DNA of 64,000 bases, taken from assembly GCA_964588955.1 (NCBI GenBank), contig CAZPQJ010000001.1, forward strand, positions 10,155 to 74,154, read 5' to 3'. The first letter of the stretch is position 1. Each line of letters begins with the position of its first letter. Below the pieces are notes generated by a model, which was not told the origin of the DNA, ran no database searches, and worked only from the letters and a program-made list of their open reading frames with translations. The translations under genes and the position numbers were made by a program. Below, in pieces: positions 48,764 through 56,737 of the stretch. Source of the stretch: an uncultured Gammaproteobacteria bacterium. GTDB taxonomy: Bacteria > Patescibacteriota > Patescibacteriia > UBA9934 > CAMTUG01.

Positions 48764-48963
48764 TTGACAACTCTTGATCTACTCTTTACGATAAGGATAA
48801 AGCTATGTCATCAATGAATTTCAGCATCGACGTTTCTGAATCGTTGTCTTCAACGCCAAAGGTTGTTGCCGGTTTGCTTTTGAACCTCGACCTTCTTCCT
48901 TAGGGTCGCCTGGTTCCTTGTTACATCATGGAGTTGGACGACCCGATTGAATGGGTCGTTTTT
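48764..48963 (+). promoter_or_regulatory. Unit 2: promoter and putative Leu-responsive attenuator
   Basis: TTGACA-17-TACGAT; segments CGACCT (48888)/GGGTCG (48903)/GACGACCC (48937)/GGGTCGTT (48953)+TTT allow 1:2, 2:3 and 3:4 pairing. Confidence 0.72.
48805..48903 (+). CDS. Putative leader peptide, 32 aa (MSSMNFSIDVSESLSSTPKVVAGLLLNLDLLP)
   Basis: Six Leu in the last nine codons, overlapping segment 1. Confidence 0.65.
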   Translation: MSSMNFSIDVSESLSSTPKVVAGLLLNLDLLP

Positions 48964-49025
48964 GTTTGTCTGTGCTGTTGACTAGGGGTCTGAATGATCA
49001 GATCTCTTGAAACAGCGGAGTCAAC

Positions 49026-50357
49026 ATGAACCGTACCTGCCTGCTGCACTGCCTTAGCGAATACGGACACGACGCTCAAGGCAGCGTGACGACCTCGATC
49101 GATGGTGTAGGTCTCTATGCCGGCCGTGGACTGGTTGTTCCTGCGCAGCTCAAGATCGTGCCGGATCACCCGGTCCTTTCTGCCGCTTGCGACTACATGC
49201 GGCGTGTAGGGATCGGTCCCAAGCGTATCGTTCACGTCCCGAGCATGGGATCACTCTACGACGGGGTACGTGCCAGTTCTGAAGCACAGCGGGCGATCGT
49301 CGAGCACGTTGCTCAGGACGGAGACGTCGAGTTCTACATCCCTGGCCCGGCAGCATGGGCACTCTGTCACGAGCTCGGTGTTCCTCAGAGTCGGGTGCGC
49401 AATCAACGGCCGGAGCTCGCGCCCGAGACCGACAAGGTGGGGATGCGGCGTTTGGGCGAGCAGCTCGGTTTGCGTACCTGTTTTCCTTCGCACGCATTCT
49501 CGCGTGGCAAGGAGGAAACGATGCGTGTGGCTCGCACGCTGTTCGCTGAGGGTCATGCACGTATCGTCATCAAGCGGCCGGACTTGGCGAGCGGCGAAGG
49601 GCAGCTGGTGATCGGCTCGATTAACGATCTCTCGCAGCAGGAAGGCGTGGCCTTTCTCCATCGCTATGCCGTGGACGGCGTCGAGTTGGTGGTCGAAGCG
49701 TGGTGGGAAGGGGAGGATTTCTCCGCGGTCTTCGAAGTCGATTTCGACGAAGTTCGGCTCATGCACATGAGCGGCCAGTTCATGCGTTCTGCCGATGGCA
49801 AGACCCACATGGGCAACTTTCTCGGTAATCGGCCGAACCAAGTATTTCCCAGTGTCGGGTCCTGTTCTTGGCATAATCGTATGGAGGTGGCTTGCCGACA
49901 GATGATCAGCGTCTGGCAACAGCGTGGCTATCGCGGCAAGATCGGCTTCGACGGCAAGGTGCGTCCTCATGCGGGAGAGTTCGTTCTGCTCGAAGTCAAC
50001 GCGCGTCCGTCGGCGAGCATCTTCGCCCGCTACGTGCTGGAGCAGGTGCGCCGCAGCGATGATGAAGAGATCGGCGTCTCCATGCTGAGTGTCACGCCGC
50101 CGCGCGCTTTCTCGATTGAAGAGATGGTGGCACTTCTCGGAAGTGACGCCTACAATCCGAGTACTCGCCGCGGAGTGATCATCGGCAACCCTGTTCGGAT
50201 GGGCGACATGCGTCATCCCGAGACGCCGATCCATGTGGTCGCTGACTCCGTTTCTCAGTCGATCGAGACCGCGCTTACCATCAAGCGTCGTGTCGAAGGC
50301 GATCGTTTCGACCCGGTAACGGTCCCTGACTTCACCTCTTGGCAGATGGCCAGCTAG
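49026..50357 (+). CDS. ATP-grasp enzyme paralog 2
   Basis: YAGRGL, DKVGMRRL..LGLR..FP.H, IKRPDLASGEG, RGKIGFDG, LLEVNARPSAS; GGAG SD. Confidence 0.78.
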   Translation: MNRTCLLHCLSEYGHDAQGSVTTSIDGVGLYAGRGLVVPAQLKIVPDHPVLSAACDYMRRVGIGPKRIVHVPSMGSLYDGVRASSEAQRAIVEHVAQDGDVEFYIPGPAAWALCHELGVPQSRVRNQRPELAPETDKVGMRRLGEQLGLRTCFPSHAFSRGKEETMRVARTLFAEGHARIVIKRPDLASGEGQLVIGSINDLSQQEGVAFLHRYAVDGVELVVEAWWEGEDFSAVFEVDFDEVRLMHMSGQFMRSADGKTHMGNFLGNRPNQVFPSVGSCSWHNRMEVACRQMISVWQQRGYRGKIGFDGKVRPHAGEFVLLEVNARPSASIFARYVLEQVRRSDDEEIGVSMLSVTPPRAFSIEEMVALLGSDAYNPSTRRGVIIGNPVRMGDMRHPETPIHVVADSVSQSIETALTIKRRVEGDRFDPVTVPDFTSWQMAS

Positions 50358-50410
50358 TTGTCTGCCTCCATTCTCTTACGAACCAGCCGTCGACACGGCT
50401 GGTTCTTGCG

Positions 50411-50561
50411 TTGACAGAGCGTGTTGATTGTGTTAAGTTTCTCTTGTTATGGAATGTATTGTCGCAAACAGCAACAGCTATTATTACGCTCTCGCCACCA
50501 CGAGGGTGCTGATGCGTTAACACATATTTGTGTCGATGCCGCCGCCCTCGGGCGGTTTTTT
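50411..50561 (+). promoter_or_regulatory. Unit 3: promoter and putative Tyr-responsive attenuator
   Basis: TTGACA-17-TAAGTT; GCTCTCG (50488)/CGAGGGTG (50501)/CGCCCTCG (50543); terminator GCCGCC-CTCG-GGCGGT-TTTTT. Confidence 0.72.
50449..50520 (+). CDS. Putative leader peptide, 23 aa (MECIVANSNSYYYALATTRVLMR)
   Basis: TAT TAT TAC at 50479-50487 immediately before segment 1. Confidence 0.68.
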   Translation: MECIVANSNSYYYALATTRVLMR

Positions 50562-50626
50562 GTTGTGTGTTTTATGAAGAACGGAAGCGTTCTGTTCTTC
50601 TCAAACCCACAACGTTCGAGGTCAAC

Positions 50627-51775
50627 ATGTCTGCGTTCTTTCACCTTACCGGTAATGACGTCGCTCTTCCGTCGAGCGACTACAAGGTTCTGCGCCACTA
50701 CGCTCTGCGTGCGCTTCTTCCCGCCGGAGCTGACGACACGGTCATTTTGCACGGTCTGCCGTACCCCACCGATCTGCTCCGCCTGTTCAATCGTCTAGAG
50801 ATCGGACCGCACCCTGATCGTGTCTTCACGCACCTGTCGCGAGCGCGTGGGACGACGCTGCAAACCTTCAGTGGTGCCGCGCCGCGGGTGTGGGCCCTTA
50901 GCGATCAATTCGGTTGCCGCCTCGACGCACCCTCGTTCGAGGTCTGCATCACTGCCAATAGCAAGTCCTGGTTCCAGCGTACCTTCGGTGATAACACGTT
51001 GGCTTCGTTGCCTCCGGGGGCCGTCTGTCGTTTCGCCGACGTACCGATGCGTGCTTCCGCTCTCATGCGTGAGCACGGTCGCGCGGTACGTCTCAAGGAT
51101 CCCCACTCCGCGAGCGGCATCAAGCAGATGGTCCTGCCGTTGGGATCAGACGTGTCTGCCCGCCTGCCGCATGGACGAATGGATCAACAGGTCGTCCTCC
51201 AAGTCGAACAGCATCGCGACGCTGACGCCAGTGTGCAAGGTCATGTTACGCGTGACGGGGAAGTCATCGTGGGACAGGTGACGGGTCAGCACATCAGCGG
51301 ACAGGGAAGTCATGGTGGCAACTTCTTTCCTTCTGGTTTGCCGGAATGGGCGGAAGTGGCCATGCGTGACTCCACGCGCGCGGTGGGCGAAGGACTCGTA
51401 CGTCTCGGCTACTTCGGTCCGTACTCGGTTGACTTCGTCATCGACTTTGAAGCTTGCCGCGTCTACGCCGTGGAGTGCAACGCCCGTGTGACCGCCCCGC
51501 AGTATCCAATCCGTGCCTTGCAGACCTGGTACGGAGAAGCCGAGCATAGGCCGTTCGATCTCTTCAGCGTGCGTGTGGCATCGGGTACGAGTGTCGACGC
51601 AGTCGCGAATGCGCTAAATGGCACGCTCTTCTCGCGCGTGCTCGGCATCGGAGTCGTGCCGTTCGTCGTTCTGCCTCAGTTCGGCCTTGTCGTCTGCACT
51701 GTCTTCGCCACGAGCGAAGCGCATCGCGACTACCTTTCGAGCGAAGTCAGACACCTGCTCTTGCCCCTGCGCTAA
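50627..51775 (+). CDS. ATP-grasp enzyme paralog 3
   Basis: YALRALLPAGADDTVIL, ANSKSWF, LKDPHSASGI, GPYSVDF, ECNAR; GAGGT SD before ATG 50627. Confidence 0.75.
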   Translation: MSAFFHLTGNDVALPSSDYKVLRHYALRALLPAGADDTVILHGLPYPTDLLRLFNRLEIGPHPDRVFTHLSRARGTTLQTFSGAAPRVWALSDQFGCRLDAPSFEVCITANSKSWFQRTFGDNTLASLPPGAVCRFADVPMRASALMREHGRAVRLKDPHSASGIKQMVLPLGSDVSARLPHGRMDQQVVLQVEQHRDADASVQGHVTRDGEVIVGQVTGQHISGQGSHGGNFFPSGLPEWAEVAMRDSTRAVGEGLVRLGYFGPYSVDFVIDFEACRVYAVECNARVTAPQYPIRALQTWYGEAEHRPFDLFSVRVASGTSVDAVANALNGTLFSRVLGIGVVPFVVLPQFGLVVCTVFATSEAHRDYLSSEVRHLLLPLR

Positions 51776-51821
51776 GTTCTTCCATCGCGCCCTCTTCTCA
51801 GGGGGGCGCGATTTATCGTTC

Positions 51822-52004
51822 TTGACCACTTTCCAGTGGTGTGATAGTTTTTTCTTGTTATGCAGATCGCCTCGAACAATGCACGCCGCGCCGCCACGAG
51901 CTATTGCTTCGCTGCGATTATTATTGATCTCGTTATTGCCTAGGGCCGTGTTCTTTTGTTGAAACGACGAAAGAAGACGGCCCTGCGCAAGCGGGGTCAT
52001 TTTT
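51822..52004 (+). promoter_or_regulatory. Unit 4: promoter and putative Ile(/Val)-responsive attenuator
   Basis: TTGACC-17-TAGTTT; antiterminator AGGGCCGT (51942)/ACGGCCCT (51977); terminator GGCCCTGC-GCAA-GCGGGGTC-ATTTTT. Confidence 0.7.
51860..51943 (+). CDS. Putative leader peptide, 27 aa (MQIASNNARRAATSYCFAAIIIDLVIA)
   Basis: ATT ATT ATT at 51917-51925 plus GTT ATT near the stop. Confidence 0.65.
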   Translation: MQIASNNARRAATSYCFAAIIIDLVIA

Positions 52005-52035
52005 GTTCCTTCACCCTCATGCATAGGGGAATGCC

Positions 52036-53382
52036 GTGAATCTGATCCATCTCTTCGACATGCACTGCTACCAAACCGGTGAAGCCTCAGCTGATGGCCG
52101 TCAGACCCTGGCGGGGATCGACGATCGCATCGGCGACTACGCCGCGCGTGCTCTTCTTCTGCCCGGCAAGGCAGCCATTGTGCCCAAAGATGTGCTCATC
52201 GACGCGAGTGTCGCAGACCTCCGCACCTGGGGAATCGGTCCCCAAGAGATCATTCAAGTGCCTGGTGATCGAGGACTGTACAGCGGCGTTCTCGACTGTT
52301 CGCGCACTACGGCGATTCTTCGTCATCACGTCAACCTGGGTGGCAAGATCCAGGTCTTCAATCCCACGGCGAGTTGCTGGTCCTTTTGCGAGCAGTTGGG
52401 GGTCCACCGAGGCGTCCTGCACAACCGTCCGGAAGATCTAACGGCACTGACCGACAAGATCGGCTTCCGTCGTCTGGCTGCGGAGCTTGGCCTGCGCCGA
52501 GCGTTTCCCGAACATCGCTTCGCGACGCAAGCGGAAGAAGTCCGTGCGGCGGCGCGCGAGCTGTTCCTTCTCGGCCATCGACAGGTGTTCATCAAGCGGC
52601 CGGACCTGGCGAGTGGAACGGGGATGATCAAGGTTGGCGCTCGCGGTCTTAACGGTCGCAAGCTGAATACCTTTCTGTCCCGTTACGCTGGAAGCGTGGA
52701 GTTGATCGTCGAAGCGGCCTGGGGACAGGAAGACTATTCGTTTGTCTTCGACGTAAACGAAACGTCGTGGACGCTCGAGTACGTTACCGGCCAGTTCATG
52801 GAAGCCGACCGTAAGACCCATGCCGGCAACTTCCTTGGAGCAACCCCGAAGGACTGTCTGCCTGCTGATTGGAATAAGATCAAGCGAGGGAAGTTCATCT
52901 GCACGGTTCTTGATTTCATGACGCCGATGATCGACCAGTTGCGTAAGCGCGGTTATCGCGGCAAACTCTGCGTAGATGTGCGCGGCAATCATCGTGGCGA
53001 AGCGCGTCTGCTCGAGCTCAATGCTCGCGCTTCCGCGAGCAACTTCCCGCACGCCGTGCTCGAACAGGTCCGCAATCATTATGGTCACAAAGAGCTCGGT
53101 GCTGTGATGCTCAACGTCTGGCTCCCGAACCAGGTAGAGCGCTACGAAGATCTGCGCGCCCTCATCGGTAACGACTTGTTCGATCCGACCACCGGTTTCG
53201 GAATCGTCCCTGGCAACATCTTGTGTGTGCGCCACCAACGCCCCAAGTTCAGCCCGGTAATGGTGCAACCGAGCGTGGCCGGCGCGGTCGCGGCGCTGCT
53301 CGCGTTCAAACAGCGCATCGAACGCCGGCGTCCGGATCTCATCTACCCCGATCACTTAGCGACCGTCATGGTCGCTAAGTAA
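52036..53382 (+). CDS. ATP-grasp enzyme paralog 4
   Basis: YAARALL, DKIGFRRL..LGLR..FP.H, IKRPDLASGTG, RGKLCVD, LLELNARASAS. Confidence 0.78.
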   Translation: MNLIHLFDMHCYQTGEASADGRQTLAGIDDRIGDYAARALLLPGKAAIVPKDVLIDASVADLRTWGIGPQEIIQVPGDRGLYSGVLDCSRTTAILRHHVNLGGKIQVFNPTASCWSFCEQLGVHRGVLHNRPEDLTALTDKIGFRRLAAELGLRRAFPEHRFATQAEEVRAAARELFLLGHRQVFIKRPDLASGTGMIKVGARGLNGRKLNTFLSRYAGSVELIVEAAWGQEDYSFVFDVNETSWTLEYVTGQFMEADRKTHAGNFLGATPKDCLPADWNKIKRGKFICTVLDFMTPMIDQLRKRGYRGKLCVDVRGNHRGEARLLELNARASASNFPHAVLEQVRNHYGHKELGAVMLNVWLPNQVERYEDLRALIGNDLFDPTTGFGIVPGNILCVRHQRPKFSPVMVQPSVAGAVAALLAFKQRIERRRPDLIYPDHLATVMVAK

Positions 53383-53483
53383 CCCGTTCTCACTTCGCGG
53401 TCGAAGCTTCGTCGCTTCGACCCTCACCTGTCTTCGTAAGTTTCCTTGCGCATGCAGGTGAGAACTCGTATTATTCCTTCACT

Positions 53484-54254
53484 ATGAAAGTACTCCTCTT
53501 ACAGATTCGTCGCGATGTCATGAAAGAGCATGAACGCAAATGTGTTGTAGCTAAGTCCGGCTTGTCGGAACAAGAGATTGTTGCGTTCGACATCTTTGAG
53601 CGGTTGATCACTGCGGACGATTTGAATGGTTACGATGCCTTGGTTGTCGGGGGTAGTGGTGGATACTGCGTTTCTGAACGTGAGATTCCCGCCGAGATCG
53701 ATGCGATGGAGGGGGTTATTCGTGAAGCACGCCAACGCCGCATGCCTGTGCTCGGTATTTGTTTTGGGCATCATTTGATTGCTGAAGCGCTTGGCGGCGA
53801 AGTACGCCAGGATCGCGATCGTCAGGAAGTGGGAACTTTTGAAGTGGCGCAAACTGCGGAAGCAAAAGTTGATCCAATATTTTCGCACCTACCGGCAAGC
53901 TTTTTGGCACAGGAGGGACACAAAGATCATGTCACGAAATTGCCACCAGGTGCGGTGCATCTTCTCTCAACTCCCACCTCGCCGTTGCAAGCCTTCACCT
54001 TTCCCGGCGAGCCTATTTACAGCATGCAGTTGCATCCAGAGTTGTCGAAAGCAGATGTGTTCGAACGCCTCGATTTTTATCGTTCGTTGTATTTGAAATC
54101 GCAAATGGTCGAAGGGACAACAGATGTGGGTGCGGGGAGTACAGAATTTGACACGATTATGAGTGCTACTATGGACACGCCAGAGGCGGAAAAGATTTTG
54201 CATCTATTTTTTGAAGAAGTTGTTGATAACGGAAAACGTTATCCACACGCGTAG
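53484..54254 (+). CDS. Class I glutamine amidotransferase-like protein (stand-alone)
   Basis: VLGICFGHH (Cys nucleophile), QLHPE (His-Glu); own promoter TTGCGC-17-TATTAT at 53446-53474. Confidence 0.9.
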   Translation: MKVLLLQIRRDVMKEHERKCVVAKSGLSEQEIVAFDIFERLITADDLNGYDALVVGGSGGYCVSEREIPAEIDAMEGVIREARQRRMPVLGICFGHHLIAEALGGEVRQDRDRQEVGTFEVAQTAEAKVDPIFSHLPASFLAQEGHKDHVTKLPPGAVHLLSTPTSPLQAFTFPGEPIYSMQLHPELSKADVFERLDFYRSLYLKSQMVEGTTDVGAGSTEFDTIMSATMDTPEAEKILHLFFEEVVDNGKRYPHA

Positions 54255-54309
54255 AGGATAACTTGGGTGTAACTTTTTTGACGCACCCATTGACCGTGCT
54301 ACGCTACTA

Positions 54310-54556
54310 GTGTCTCAGGGTCAATCGGGTTCGGTCTTGGATCAACGGTTCAGCAACACATTCCTTTAACGCCGCGACTGCGGTTACGGCAAAAGGAATC
54401 GGCACGCACTGACCCGCGGAAACGATCACCACGGATGACTTGGGGGACTGCCCCATGAGAAGTCATAAACAAGGCGTCTGCCTTGATCGTCCGCCCGCGC
54501 GGAACAGCGACAGTAGGATCCTTATCGCCAGACCACCCGATTGAACCCTGGGGCGC
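54310..54556 (+). ncRNA. Candidate ~250-nt multi-branched structured RNA (family unassigned)
   Basis: Ends pair (GTGTCTCAGGGT.CAATCGGGT..GGTCT / AGACC.ACCCGATTG.ACCCTGGGGCGC); inner helices ATTCCTTT/AAAGGAAT, ATGACTT/AAGTCAT, GATCAA/TTGATC; promoter TTGACG-16-TACGCT. Confidence 0.55.
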
Positions 54557-54629
54557 AAATTTCGCCTTTGTGTTTCGACACGTTTCGTTTTCGACGTTTT
54601 GCGTCGATTTTTTGTTACAATGGGCATAT

Positions 54630-55274
54630 ATGCTTCGCAGCCACTTTACGAGAACGGAATGGCAAATACTACGGCAACTGAATACTCCCAAAAAGATTCA
54701 GGACTTTTTGAATACCCTGCCGCAAAGTTTTAGTAAGCACGGGCAAGAGTGTCGCTCGCCTCGGCGGGTGTTGCGTGAGGGAAGCGCCTATTGTTTGGAA
54801 GGAGCGATGCTTGCCGTCTTGGCTCTGCGTGTTCATGGACATCGACCACTGCTCTTAGATCTCACCTCGCATGATAGTGATGATGATCACGTTGTTGCTT
54901 TGTTCCAACACAACGGTTGCTGGGGGGCGATTTCCAAAACGAATCACGCGGTCTTGCGCTATCGCGAGCCGATCTACCGATCCGTTCGCGAACTTGTGAT
55001 GAGTTACTTTCATGAATACTTTTTGCAGCGCGGTGGCAGAAAAACTTTACGTTCCTACGCCGTTGCGGATGTGTCTAAATTTGATCGTCGAGGATGGATG
55101 ACCGATGAAGAAGATCTGTGGTACATCGCTGAGCACTTGTGTGACATTCCGCACAAGCAAGTTTTAACGCGATCGCAAATCGCCGGTTTGCGTCCAGCCG
55201 ACGCGATTGAAATCCAAGCGGGGGAGTTGCTTGAGTGGCGAAAGGGTCAGGGATCTTTTAAGAAAAGTGTATAG
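54630..55274 (+). CDS. Conserved hypothetical protein with transglutaminase/papain-like Cys-His signature
   Basis: SPRRVL..AYCLEGAMLA, DDDHVVALF, WGAISKTNH..LRYREPIYRS. Confidence 0.7.
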   Translation: MLRSHFTRTEWQILRQLNTPKKIQDFLNTLPQSFSKHGQECRSPRRVLREGSAYCLEGAMLAVLALRVHGHRPLLLDLTSHDSDDDHVVALFQHNGCWGAISKTNHAVLRYREPIYRSVRELVMSYFHEYFLQRGGRKTLRSYAVADVSKFDRRGWMTDEEDLWYIAEHLCDIPHKQVLTRSQIAGLRPADAIEIQAGELLEWRKGQGSFKKSV

Positions 55275-55424
55275 GCGGGGCTACCACGCCCCGCCGCATA
55301 GGTTTGACCCTTTCGATCGGGCGCGAAAAACAACTCGTTTGAACACAATTTGTGTTCATCCCGTGGCTTTTCTAAAAGGTTCCATTCGGCTATACTCATC
55401 TCGATCGTTTTTCCTAAACATCCT

Positions 55425-56729
55425 ATGAAAAAACTGCTGATTACCGGCGGAAATCCATGTAACGGCGAAGTCCGTGTTTCCGGAGCAAAGAATGCGGCGT
55501 CGAAAATGATGATCGCCAGTTTGCTTACCGATGAACCGGTGACGATTCAAAATATTCCCCGCCAGCAGGAGACAGACATCACCAAAGAAATTTGTGAGCT
55601 GATCGGTACGACGTCCACCTGGGTCGATGAACATACACTGACGTTACAGACAAAGGAAATCAAATCAAATTCCGTTGTTGCTTTGTCGCGCAAAAATCGC
55701 ATCTCTATTTTGGCCACGGCGCCGCTCCTGCATCGCGTCAAAGAAGCTGTTGTGCCAATGCCTGCTGGCGACAAGATTGGTCCGCGACCTGTCAACTTCC
55801 ACATCGACGCCTTGGAAAACATGGAAGCCAAGTTTGAACAAACAGCAGAAGGGTTGCATGCTACGATCGTTGGCAAATTGAAAGGCTCGTTGATTGAGCT
55901 GCCGTATCCATCGGTTGGTGCTACCGAGTCGAGTATCTTAGCAGGCGTGTTGGCCGAAGGGCGCACGGTGATTGTGAATGCCGCCATTGAGCCAGAGATC
56001 ATGGCGCTCATCAAAATGTTACAAACCATGGGAGCGGTTATTGGCGTTGGCGCCGGGCGCGTGATTGAGATTTACGGAGTAGAGAAGTTGCACGGCACAA
56101 CCGTGCGGGTGCTGCCAGATCCGCTCGAGGTGGTCAGCTTTGCTTGTGTGGCGCTTGGTACGGGCGGACAGATTTATGTCAAAGATGCCGTGCATGATCA
56201 TTTAATTACCTTCTTGAACACGGTGCGCCGCATTGGTGGGGATTATGAGGTAAAAGAAGACGGTATTATTTTCAAAGGCGCCAAGTCGTACAAAGGATTG
56301 GAAGTGGAAACCGACACGTATCCTGGATTCCGTACCGATTGGCAACAACCGTTTGTGGCTGTGCTGACCCAAGCCGAAGGCACGTCGGTGGTGCACGAAA
56401 CGGTGTATGAAGATCGATTCGGTTACACCAAAGATTTGAACGCTATGGGAGCAGACGTGACGGTGTTCTCTAATTGTTTGGGAGAAGTTCCTTGCCGATT
56501 CAAAGGGCAAAATCACCGCCACAGCGCGGTCATCAACGGCCCACGTAAATTGCACGCGGCGCACCTTGAGCTGCAAGACATTCGTGCCGGACTCGCCCTG
56601 GTGGTCGCTGCTCTTATCGCCGAAGGAACTTCCGAACTCGTGGTCGGTGAACACCTTGATCGCGGCTACGAAAAGCTCGATGAAAAATTACGCAGCCTAG
56701 GCGCGGACATCAAGGTGGTTAATGAATAA
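55425..56729 (+). CDS. murA: UDP-N-acetylglucosamine 1-carboxyvinyltransferase
   Basis: SGAKNAA, GDKIGPRPVNFH, PSVGATE, YPGFRTDWQ, ETVYEDR, DIRAG, DRGYE. Confidence 0.96.
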   Translation: MKKLLITGGNPCNGEVRVSGAKNAASKMMIASLLTDEPVTIQNIPRQQETDITKEICELIGTTSTWVDEHTLTLQTKEIKSNSVVALSRKNRISILATAPLLHRVKEAVVPMPAGDKIGPRPVNFHIDALENMEAKFEQTAEGLHATIVGKLKGSLIELPYPSVGATESSILAGVLAEGRTVIVNAAIEPEIMALIKMLQTMGAVIGVGAGRVIEIYGVEKLHGTTVRVLPDPLEVVSFACVALGTGGQIYVKDAVHDHLITFLNTVRRIGGDYEVKEDGIIFKGAKSYKGLEVETDTYPGFRTDWQQPFVAVLTQAEGTSVVHETVYEDRFGYTKDLNAMGADVTVFSNCLGEVPCRFKGQNHRHSAVINGPRKLHAAHLELQDIRAGLALVVAALIAEGTSELVVGEHLDRGYEKLDEKLRSLGADIKVVNE

Positions 56730-56737
56730 CGCGTTGT

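Noticed and set aside
46097-51943. Leader ORFs as graspetide (microviridin-type) precursors
   Set aside because: They share no leader motif or Thr/Ser/Lys-Asp/Glu core repeats with each other, and each overlaps an antiterminator arm. A PGM1-type substrate role is not excluded and is kept as an alternative.
47425-53355. Long minus-strand ORFs (371, 327 and 305 aa) in the ATP-grasp region
   Set aside because: Codon-bias shadows of the plus-strand genes.
47437-54254. Split carbamoyl-phosphate synthase (CarB halves plus CarA)
   Set aside because: The ATP-grasp proteins lack CarB signatures such as GQA.EFDY and RPS...GG, and the GATase lacks the CarA N-terminal domain.
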